A DNA stretch of 64,000 nt. It comes from Psilocybe cubensis. Lineage: Eukaryota. The DNA lies in NCBI GenBank assembly GCA_017499595.2, contig CM039004.1, forward strand, positions 1,364,001-1,428,000. The letters are read 5' to 3'. Every line of letters begins with the position of its first letter. Position 1 is the first letter of the stretch. The position numbers were made by a program, and so were the translations under genes. The notes beneath the pieces are model-generated. The model was not told the origin of the DNA, did no database searches, and was given only the letters and a program-made list of their open reading frames with translations. Positions 1 to 11,200 of this stretch are shown here, in pieces.

Positions 1-1131
<1,131 letters not shown>

Positions 1132-1697
1132 CTTGATATGACGATAGTTAGGGGTTTAGAGGTGAGATGAGCACCGGTAGGACAGAGAGACGTCGCCTCC
1201 TCCAACGAGCGAGAGAAAGGCGCAAGGGGAGGTTGTGCGTTGTCTGAAAGCAAGGAAGAAATAATTATTGGCGTGGTGCTTAATCTGGCACCTTCGCAAT
1301 GGTTGCCCAGGCCCCGTCGGCGATCTCGATATTATTAAATAACACTGGTTAGCACCACCTGATGAATCCCACGAACTCCAGCAGTTTTTTGTCTCTTCTA
1401 CGGTCCTACAGGTACTCACCGAGACATGCTTTAATGCCTTCGTACATAACACATACAATAATAACGCCTCATGGACCCGCATGCCTGGGTACCCTGTCTG
1501 AACCCCATGCAGCATTCGAAGCTCAGGAGGTTGACATATCGGAACTAAGTATAAAATTTACCATTACTCTGTCATTGTATATAATTTTTGATGAGTTTCT
1601 AGCCTGTGCTTTAAAATTTAGAATAAAGCTTTCAGAGCTCAGAATATGTATACTTGGATTGGATGAGTGGTCCCAGAGGCGACGACAAAGTTACTTA

Positions 1698-1861
1698 CAC
1701 AGGCGGCCGCTGGACACATTTTTGGATGTGTTTGGCCGATGTATGTCAGACACAAATAAACATGTGTCTGCCACCTCCATCCGATATCAGTGGGTGACAC
1801 AACAGGCCGAAATTCATGTGGCTGCCACATAAGTGCCAAGCACCGTTTGTGTCAGCCACAT
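1698..1861. repeat. Left terminal/subterminal repeats of the transposon (motif approx. TGTGKCWGCCACA)
   Basis: Copies at about 1744 (tgtcagacaca), 1763 (tgtgtctgccac), 1817 (tgtggctgccacat) and 1848 (tgtgtcagccacat). A related gctgccaca occurs at about 12668 near the right end. Confidence 0.6.
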
Positions 1862-2060
1862 TCTAGCAAATACATATTTTTTTGTAGGCTTTTCATATGT
1901 ATTCACAGTATAATATCATTGTGAAATTTTATTTTTGGTCTTTCATACAAGATTAGGTTATAATAAAACACCATATATTGAGCATGAAGCTGAAGCTAAA
2001 TAACTACTAATCTAACGTCTATCCTATAAAGTACTCACTGGGTTATTGCATCCACAAATA

Positions 2061-2210
2061 CCCATTCCACAGAGCCAAACTATGGTGTCGACAATGGCGA
2101 TCGATTCCGGCTATGGCGTTGACGATGTTGTGTTGCGCATCCAACTATCACCCATTCTCCAGAGCCAAACTATGGTGTCAACGATGGCTATCGATTCCGG
2201 CAATGGTGTT
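2061..2210. repeat. Direct duplication of about 60 bp with 90-bp period, inside the transposon
   Basis: cccattccacagagccaaactatggtgtcgacaatggcgatcgattccggctatggcgtt (2061-2120) vs cccattctccagagccaaactatggtgtcaacgatggctatcgattccggcaatggtgtt (2151-2210). Confidence 0.9.
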
Positions 2211-2680
2211 CTTGGACCTTGTCAAACTTCAAAGCACATATTCTTGAACCTGTGGTGTTAAAATAAGTAATTTTCGCCATGGATAGCTGTCTAAAAATAC
2301 TCAGCAATAAGCAGGTTCTTGCACCAGTGTGCGATCTACAAATCAAATGTCAGTCACCAAAAAAAAACTATGCCCAACCATGCCGCTCAACGCGTTCCCA
2401 CATATTGGGAATCTGGATCTTTCCAGTGCATGGCTTTTAGTACATGAAAGGGCTGGATCTCTTAACAATGCACGGCGGAAAACACGGTGCCGCTGTGCGA
2501 GATCATGGAGGAAAAGATGAAAGCGATAACTCGTTGCTGTTGATCAAATGATCACCGGTGCCAAACACTAGCAAACTGAATATTAGGGGCTACATGTTCT
2601 CAACATCAACTTCAGATTTAGTTGCGTTTACACATACATTTCCGCATAATTAATAACTATATTGTAGTGGAGTCTAGTGG

Positions 2681-3972
2681 CTAAAAAGGTCTACCTGTTG
2701 AAGGACCACTAAATAATTGAGCAATTGCATTACCAAAATTTAAATGAGGTTCAGGCAGCCTCGAAGAAGAATTGGAAGGAAAGGACTGTATAGTGGTGGG
2801 TTGTGGGTCGGATGTGACATCGCTAGGGCTGGTAAAAGAGCGCTCGGAAGGGTGGCTTGAGAAATCTAAGCCTTTATTGGTCCTGAGAGAGTCCATCTCC
2901 AGACATTCAGCAATAAATCTATTCACAAGCTTAGCATAACTCATTGAGAATACAAGAGAAAACTCGGACTGTTTCAACTCAGCTGTATTATCTCCCAGCT
3001 CATCGTCAAGCCTCTTGAGCCATTGATCAACTTTGGACCAATAGTCTTCGCCATCAGCCACCCGACCGCGAGTTTTCCCAGCGGGAATGTTTGTTTTTTG
3101 CAATTTACGTTTTTGGTAGCAGAATGACCCGAATCGCTAGAGTTGTCGGTGCTTGGTGTTCCAAAATCCTGGTCATTGTTCTCCTCTTCTGAGTTGTTGT
3201 CATCCTTCTCAAGTTCAAAGGCCGAAAACATAGATGAATGGTCCCAGAAAAACCGCCACTTTACATTGCCACGTTAGTGAAACTTTTTGAATCAGAAATA
3301 TTGAAGACACACCAATAACACATGTTTTGAGAGGTAAGCTGTATTGGAATTTGCACCAGACTCTGACGTAGGCAGACAATATTTCACAATGAGGCCCGCC
3401 GCAAATTCTTGCACAGAAGTAAACTTTGGGCCTGGAGTTATGCTTTGTATGATCTTTAATTTCACACATCAGTACACGGCATATGGTAAACCGGACAACC
3501 ACACACCTCTTTTCGAAGCGTGTTTCTCTGAATTGTACAAACGGTTTGTATATGCGCCATCCATTTGGCCTCACGTCCCAGCCGATTCAGGATGTTGTCA
3601 AGGTAATTGTCTGCGGGCTTTTTTTTCATCTTTGCCTGCAAATGCATTTGTTTTAGACCGCCAATTAAAGTGAAAAGAACGCACCTCAACATCGATGTGA
3701 AGCGTCTTAAAGGACTGTCTAGAGGGCTTTAGAAGCTCTTTGATACAGGTTGATTTAATGGCCATCTAAAAGCTGGCTCAGACCACCGTGTTCATAAAGG
3801 CAAACAATGACTCACCTTTTGTGCATTTGATAACACAAAGTTCTCATCTTTTTGCAGCTCATAATCAGCCAAAAAACTGCTCAGCTGCCCGAGTCCTTGT
3901 AGATGTGTTTGCGTGGCAGTCAGTGCTTTATGCAGACGAACTTCGGCCCCAAACTGGCAGGCCAACATCATG
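2681..3972 (-). pseudogene. Transposon cargo gene A: multi-exon hypothetical protein with an apparent -1 frameshift at about 3110
   Basis: GT-AG introns join MMLACQFGAEVRL..., MAIKSTCIKELLKPSRQSF..., AKMKKKPADNYLDNILNRLGREAKW..., IIQSITPGPKFTSVQEFAAG... and WRFFWDHSSMFSAFELEKDDNNSEEE.... The frame then shifts at ACCAAAAACGT into (K)RKLQKTNIPAGKTRGRVADGEDYWSKVDQWLKRL. The 5' end is uncertain. Confidence 0.6.
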
Positions 3973-4328
3973 ATTCGACTTATCACTTCGGTCTAAGGAG
4001 GTTGCTCTTCAGGCACGGCTGTACAGATCTGCGGGTTTACGAGTTAGAAGCAGTTTGATGTAGGCGTTATGTAAAAAACAAGTTTACCTGATAAAGAAAA
4101 GTGAGATCTGCACTGTGGTTGCTTGTGAGGTTGAATCGGTGAACCAGGTTGTCAATAAACAGCTATGTACCAGTTGGGCGGTCCACGTCACGAGAAACAG
4201 GCTGTGATGCAAAAGCTGGGTCAATCGAAGAATGAGACATTGTGGATTCAGAATCAAGCAAACATCTCTTACCTTGCTTTTATACCCCAAGTTTGATTTG
4301 CCATGTTTGCCACAACAAACGAATCACA

Positions 4329-4392
4329 TCGCGTTTGAGGTCAATCAACAATTCGCGTCGCGTTCGAGGTCAATCAACAATTCGCGTCGTGT
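4329..4392. repeat. 29-bp tandem duplication in the divergent region between the two cargo genes
   Basis: tcgcgtt(t/c)gaggtcaatcaacaattcgcg x2, followed by a degenerate partial copy. Confidence 0.85.
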
Positions 4393-4538
4393 CACATCAA
4401 CAACAACAAACCTATGCGTCACATAAAAAGGAGGCGTCAAAGTTATTCCAAAGGTTTGCTCACCTTTTGTCTCACTCTCTCACTCCCTTAACCATCAGTC
4501 TGATATTTGTGTGGTTTCGTTATCTTGAACCGCTCAAC

Positions 4539-5442
4539 ATGTCTACCAACACTCTTGACAATTGTCTACCATCCCGCCTGCTGTCGCCTAAGACTCCATC
4601 GCCAAAAAAAAGTTTCAGGAAGCACAACCAAGATGAAGACGATGAGGCACCTAAAAAGTACCTGTCAACTCTGAATGCAGGTCAGTAAACAAACCTTGTT
4701 AAACCTCAGCATAACCTACCCTGACCTCCCACCCGTAGGGCTTGACGTTACTGATGGTCTGCCCAACTACAGTTTTTACGGCCTTGGTAAATAGAATCTT
4801 ATCACGAATGCACTTGAACTTACACCATCCAAACTCAACTAGGTGATACCCCTGGATCAACGTGCCAAAGCGATCTCGAAGACCAGCCGGTTGTATCCAA
4901 AATGCCTGAAAAGAATGGTGCGTTTCATAAGTTGACAGTATTGCTGTGAAAGGTTGAGACCACTCACATCCACTTTATTAGACCATTCCTCCAAGGTTCC
5001 CCGCAACAAAACCACAATCAGCTTGAACAGGGCCTATCCACGTTCCCGACGCGATCTGGAGGCAGAGATTACTGTTTGGCGTGAAATAGCCATCGAGGCA
5101 ACAAGAGAAGCTGTGGCCTATAAGAATCAGCTTTGAACGGCATGGTTGGACCTTGCCGCAGCACGCCAGGAGGCCCAGTCAACTAAAAAGGCGGTAAAAA
5201 ACTTGGTTAGGTCTGTGAAGAATTCCAAACAACGCTCTGCATACCTGACGTTGGTGGTGGAGGGTCTAGAAGAGCAGTTGAGGACATATGTCAGACAGGA
5301 ACACAACACAGCAATTATGCTGGTAGAAGAGAGGCATTGGAGCCAACAGCTGAAAGCAGCGTTGACGTCCCATGGCATTAACGTACCGGTTTACATTCCT
5401 CCTCAGCCTTTGCAGTCTGACAATCCCATTGCTATTGTTTAG
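4539..5442 (+). pseudogene. Transposon cargo gene B: 4-exon predicted coiled-coil protein with an in-frame TGA at 5134-5136
   Basis: MSTNTLDNCLPSRLLSPKTPSPKKSFRK...; introns at about 4681-4738, 4787-4842 and 4918-4982. The last exon reads ...EAVAYKNQL*TAWLDLAAARQEAQSTKKAVKNLV..., with the 4954 and 5146 ORFs in the same frame either side of one TGA. Confidence 0.6.
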
Positions 5443-5654
5443 ACGGTTTGTGAAATAGAATCTGCAGCACTTTCAATACTATATTGTCAATTTGGCCTTA
5501 CAAAAGGGATGCATGAAATATAACGCACCTGGGTAGTATTCCTGAGACCTGCATTACTCTGCGGTGTTTGTGTTTGTAGCGGACTGACGTATTACCAGGT
5601 GTTCTGAGGTCAAAGCAGTTGAAGTGTGTCGCGGGTGCAACGCGTCCACCTACG

Positions 5655-5695
5655 TCACCTGACCCCTATCACCTGACCCCTATCACCTGACCCCT
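5655..5695. repeat. 14-bp x3 tandem repeat upstream of the TET/JBP gene
   Basis: tcacctgaccccta x3 (last copy 13/14); ACGCGT at 5640-5645; TATA-like TATAAATA at about 5738. Confidence 0.85.
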
Positions 5696-5889
5696 GATCT
5701 GTTTAATGAGGTTCAACATTCCCCTCATTCGCGTTCGTATAAATACCCGTCCCACCGGTAAGCAAACGTTCGTATATCAGAAACGCGACAGGGCCCAGCT
5801 CTCGCGTTGGTTAGAGGCTTGCCAGGCGAGGGATCACCCCTGGACCGGGTCTGTCAAACTGCCAGCCAACGCAGGAGCTGGGGCGTGTC

Positions 5890-8178
5890 ATGATTGCAAG
5901 AACCCTGCTCACCGTTGGTTTTTGCATGCACAGATGTCGGCCTGCCAATAGGCGCGCTATACGGTACGTCCTTGGAAACTTTTCTATGCATATACCAAGT
6001 TTTAAATCGGAAATCTGTTCAAGCAGACATGATCTGGGAGGGTGTATGCCCAGTGTCAGCCTGAGGTATGGGAGGATCCGTTGGCTTTTGACTTGATCTC
6101 TGCCTGGCGGGCAGCAGATGCAAGGGAGGACACAGACTTGTTAGATCTAGATCAAGGTGAGTCACCATGTTTGCCTACTCGTCATCTGCCCATTCACGTA
6201 CTTGTCAATAGATGTCTTGATTCCATCGACCGACGATACGTCGACGCCATCCGTTCACAACATCTGGACGCCGTCGATCCACGATGCGTCAAAGAATCGG
6301 TCGACGGACGATACCTGGATGCAGTTTACGAACAATACGTCGACGCCGACGGCGTTGATCCACGACGTGTCGACCCCGTCAACCCGTGAATCGATGACGT
6401 CGATCCACGACGTGTCAACGCCGTCAACCCGCGAATCGACGACGTCAGCCCACAACGCATCGACCCCGTCAACCTGCGAGTCGATGCTGTCAGCCCACAA
6501 CGCGTCGACCCTGTCAACCCGCGAGTCGATGCTGTCAGTCTATAACGCGTCGACCCCATCAACCCGCGAATCGACGACGTCAGCCCACGACGTGTCGATC
6601 CCGTCAACCCGTGAATCGACGACGTCAGCCCACAACGCGTCGACCCCGTCAACCCGCGAGTCGATGCTGTCAGTCCATAACGCGTCGACCCCGTCAACCC
6701 GCGAATCGACGACGTCAGCCCACGATGTGTCGATCCCGTCAACCCGCGAATCGACGACGTCAGCCCACAACGCGTCGACCCCGTCAACCCGCGAGTCGAT
6801 GCTGTCAGCCCACGATGCGTTGACACCATCGGTTGACAATATGTTGACACCGCCGATTGTACCTTCGCAATCGTCGACCAAGCTTTCGCTTTCGTTACCT
6901 CAGCGAGACCCATCCGTGCAAACCGCCAGCCTGAAAAGGCCATACAATGGGCTTTCCAACAGTCATCGCAGCCGCAAGTATCAGCGGACGTTACAATACA
7001 ATAAGCACGGACACACACCAAAACCCAGTCTTTTAAGCATGCTTCCCAGCTGCCAGCCAGAGGCTCTCAACGTCAAGCTTGACACTTTGCCTGCCACGCA
7101 AGGCGCCTATGGTGCTAAACCAACAAAACCCCACAAAAGTCACCTATATAGCTTGGATGCCATCAAGGCCCTTGGGTTCCGCATTATACCTTGGGATAGA
7201 TGGTGAGTTACAACTCTTCTGATCTGTTCAGTTTGATGGAGTTAAAGCTAATGCACTATAGCACCCCCGTCCCGTTTGTTTCTGAAGACGGACGTATTTT
7301 TATGGTTCTGGCAGGCCGTCCTAAGGACCCTGCATACGAACGTGCCACGGAGGAAGCATTTGATCTACTGAGGGAGGCCGGACACACCACAGTGTTTACA
7401 CACAAAGACTATTCAGAAAATCGTGGTCATTATCCCGCACTCAACATCGGCGTTACACACGGTGTAGGGACACACTCTCCACTCAACCGCGTCCAGCGCC
7501 ATCCCAAAATCACTGCCAAGCTCTTGCAGTCGGAAAGCATTCAACAAATGGCCAGTTTTGCCAGCAGTAAGTGACTCCTATGCCTGTTTTGTGAACCTGT
7601 TTTTAAACACATCCACAGGTGCATTTGCTACATGGAGCCCTAAAGTGTACAACCACTATAAGTTGTACATGGATAAGATATTCGCCAATGACTCCACGCT
7701 AGTCCGACTGTTTCGCCGCAGCATATTTCCGGCGGCCACCTTCAACCTAGGGTCTGTGGTTTGCACCATCCCGCATTTTGATATCAAAAACTGTCCATAT
7801 GGCTGGTGCGCCATCCAGTCTTTAGGGAAATTCAATGCCAAAAAGGGTGGTCACTTTGTGGTGTGGGGCCTGAAAGTGGCCATTGAGTTCCCTGCAGGAT
7901 CTACCATCCTTATGCTGTCCGCCGTCCTAGAACATTCAAACACCAGCATTGAACACGGAGAGGAGCGTGCTTCCTTTACTCAGTATGCTTCAGGTGGCCT
8001 GTTTAGATGGGTTGATTATGGCTACCGCACCGAGAAGGAGTTAAAACGTACAAACCCCAAGCTTTATCAAGAGCAAATGGAGCTTAGGCCAACACGATGG
8101 AAGAGGGGGTTGGGCATGTTGTGCACCTTACAAGATCTTATTTCAAAAGCTGCGTTTGAGGTCTCTGGACAAGTTTGA
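5890..8178 (+). CDS. TET/JBP-family 2OG-Fe(II) dioxygenase with a long Ser/Thr-rich repetitive N-terminal region (about 5 exons)
   Basis: C-terminal domain IFPAATFNLG...TIPHFDIKN (HxD)...GWCAIQSLGKFNAKKGGHFVVWGLKVAIEFPAGSTILMLSAVLEHSN (distal H)...EERASFTQYASGGLFRWVDYG (2OG-binding R) matches the fungal TET/JBP pattern. Introns at about 5963-6023, 6157-6211, 7203-7261 and 7567-7618. The start codon is uncertain. Confidence 0.85.
6225..6830. repeat. 45-bp CpG-rich coding minisatellite (about 10 good units from 6391, degenerate units upstream)
   Basis: The unit tcgacgacgtcagcccacaacgcgtcgaccccgtcaacccgcgag encodes STTSAHNASTPSTRE. Units start at 6391, 6436, 6481, 6526, 6571, 6616, 6661, 6706, 6751 and 6796. 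A higher-order 135-bp duplication covers 6526-6660 and 6661-6795. Confidence 0.95.
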
Positions 8179-8231
8179 TCTGCTATTCTTCTTGTAGAAT
8201 TCTAGTAAATAAATACAGTATGGTTTTACTT

Positions 8232-11200
8232 CTATCGAAAGTCCAATGTTATTTGACCTGGATATACCACAGATGCTTGCCTGCTACGTCGAGGTGAACT
8301 AACACCTCCAGAAGATGTTCCTGCTGAAGCATGTTGAGGCAAACTGACACCCCCAGAAGGTGTGGCTGCTAGAGTAGGGGTGCCCAAGGGGCTCTGGGCA
8401 TGTTGTCTCAAGGCGGCTGTTGGTGTTTTGGTTGGTTTGGAAGTACTTGATTGGGAGGCTTCTCCTACCTTCCGTTGAACAATGGCTTGAGCCACACTTC
8501 TTTGAATTATAGCATCTTCGTTTAACGGGGCAGAGTGGAGGTGAAAACTTTGGAGATGAGCAGCATCGCGCATTTGACACATATTGAGGAGGAGCATATC
8601 ATCCAATGAGTTTTGATGCAGTATTGTTGCCTTAGTCTGATCAGTTTGTATTTGCTCTTGATAGATGTATTGTAGCCCATTTGCCTGGCATCCATGACGT
8701 TGACAGTCATGTTGAGTATTTACGGTGCAAAGAAGGCAACTCCACGGAATGAAGGACCATTCCTGCTGAAGAATCAGACGGAGCATAAAAACTGGCTGCA
8801 GTTGTCCAGCAGGCAATATGTGCGACGGCGGTTGGTGTAAAGCTGTTTGAATAAGAATACCATCGGGCCGGTTTTGAAGATGGTTTGGAGAGCCAACCTG
8901 CTGCAAGATCTCTCGAACACACCCTATCAGAGGCGGCTGGGATGGATGAATTTGGGCAATGACAAACTGTCCTATGGTGCATAGATCCTCGTTTCTCAGA
9001 TAGACCTGGGAATTGGTTACATACAGTTGTTGGCTGGCTGCAGTATTGAGCACAATGTTGGGAAGCTTTTGGCCACATAATGTGCGATGAAATGGTTGAG
9101 GATCTGTGCCATTAGATTTGCATGAACCTAGGCCATTGCATTAGACCGCTCACTAGTAGTATAGATTTGTAAATATAACTTACCAGCCTTACTGGCAGCA
9201 GGTTTCTGCAGTCCCAAATAGCTAGCTGGTGTTGAGTCTGGAGCATCAATAAGGTGAAGACCTCCAGGTCCAGCAGTGCGCCACTCTGAATTAGCCACAT
9301 TTGTTGGATCCTTTTTCCAAGACTGATAAAGCTCTTGTGGAAGAAAAAAACCACCACTAAGAAGATGGCGAATCCGATTGCCTTGCGCAAAGCCACGGGC
9401 AATATCATGTGAAGGTGCTTGGTGATTACTGTGAATGCTTTTTGCACGGATAATAGCATTGAATGACTCAAACGATTCCGTGGCAAACAATATTGCTGGC
9501 CCAAACCGACGGACATGTTCTGGAAGATGAAGAATAATGTGAAATTTGGTTTTGTTAAACCACGCGCAGGTCCATGTTGCCGTTTTCAACAAAAAGTATT
9601 TGATGTCGGCCTCTAATCTGGGCTAAAACATGATTTAATTTAATAAAACAATTTAAAGAAAGACACAATGAAGACGCACCAGGTACTCATCAATGTTAGA
9701 GATTGCTGGCTGCCAAATAACTGGAACTAACGTAGATAGGGACACCCATGCATCATAAACCTCCTGAGAAACCATGTTGTAGATGACAAATGGCGCTACT
9801 TGAGCAATAATTCGGAAATCGCGACCAGTTAGTGACCCGGCATAGTTCACTAGTGTGGAGCCATTTAATGTGGGTATACCTAGACCTGCCACACTGAGGC
9901 TGTTTAAACGAATAATCAAAGTTTGCTTTTTAGCAGGAGTAACCTGATTTTGAACTAGGTCTCTCCAAAAATATTTAACGAAACCCAGCAATACAACATG
10001 CAGAATTTTGACGGGAGTGTCCTGATGAGGATCCAAGCCTGGAATATAGATTTAGCTAGTAAATTAAAGCAAAATATTTCAATCGCACCAAGTTTCCATA
10101 CGGGACTTTTGATGTCTCCAGGAAGCTTATCGACAGCCGCTTTAAGAGCTTTTTCCTTTGCCTGAGTAGAAACTTTTCCCTTATAAGATTTGAAAAGCTT
10201 TTCAATAAAGAAGTCCTGGAAAACATCCTTGATGCCAGTTTCCGTTTTTGCAGCTCTAAGTTTTGATTTTGTGCCAATCATCTTAGCTTGCTCCAAAAAA
10301 GAGTCAAGAGTAGCCATAGTCTCTTTCTTGCGACGCGGTTTGCCAATCTTAGAATCAAAGGTGATTAAAATATAAATTGTTATAAAACAACTTTTACGCA
10401 CCTTTATAAAATCACTAACCCTTCGAAGCATTGACTCCATAGACTCCTTGTACCTCCGCCGTTTGTGAGAAGGCCGTGTGAAGGTATCTTCAGAATCAAC
10501 ATCACTATGGATTGAAAGGGTAGGAAAGTTGGGTCGAGCACAACTGTCATGTGGAAGATTTTTGTGTGGGCATTCTTGACTGTCAACTCCTTTGGCCCAG
10601 CAAATCTGGCAAAAATATTTCCCTTGCATTCCAATATGACAAGCAAACTCGCTATGCATAGGGTTGTCACCCAGAAGTGCAAATACAGGTGGAAAAATCA
10701 TAACGGCCTCTTTGTGTATACAGTCCCATACCCAAATACCATGTTTTTGAGCCAATCTAAAGTTAAAATGATTAGAATATGTGCAGCAAATATAAGATAG
10801 TGACAACTTACTGAAGTTGATCAACCACACCATCAAGCATTTCTAGAGGTGGCGCAATATCTGAAGTGCATAGAAAATGGATATTGTATTCTTGTGAACT
10901 CTTTTTGCGAGGAAGACCAGCTAGAATAAATAGGTAGCTGTTGTGCTTATTCCACTTCTTGGACTGGTTTCCCGACGTATCGTCACAGTACATCCATAGC
11001 GGCAGAGAATAGACTCGGTATCCCTTTGCTAATACACGCCAACGATTGCCAATAGTAGGATCTGTACGTGTCCATTTCGACAGCCCAGGCCCCGAATGGA
11101 TCGCACACCTGTTTACTTATAAGAAATTGAATAAAATATATAAAATATAGTCCATACCAAATATTCGTGAAGGGTGTGACAAGTTATACAACAAGTGATC

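Noticed and set aside
1343-1360. CACTG at 1343 as the left CACTA end
   Set aside because: There is no matching inverted sequence at the right side; the 1698/12899 pair has better TIR, flank and subterminal support.
1156-1839. ORFs 1156-1515, 1362-1832 and 1639-1839
   Set aside because: No recognisable motifs; they lie in promoter sequence or straddle the transposon boundary.
6225-6830. CRISPR-like array, or separate genes from the overlapping ORFs (6255-6500, 6326-7021, 6540-6881, 6611-6823)
   Set aside because: The units are contiguous with no unique spacers and the DNA is eukaryotic. The extra ORFs arise because the 45-bp unit lacks stops in several frames.
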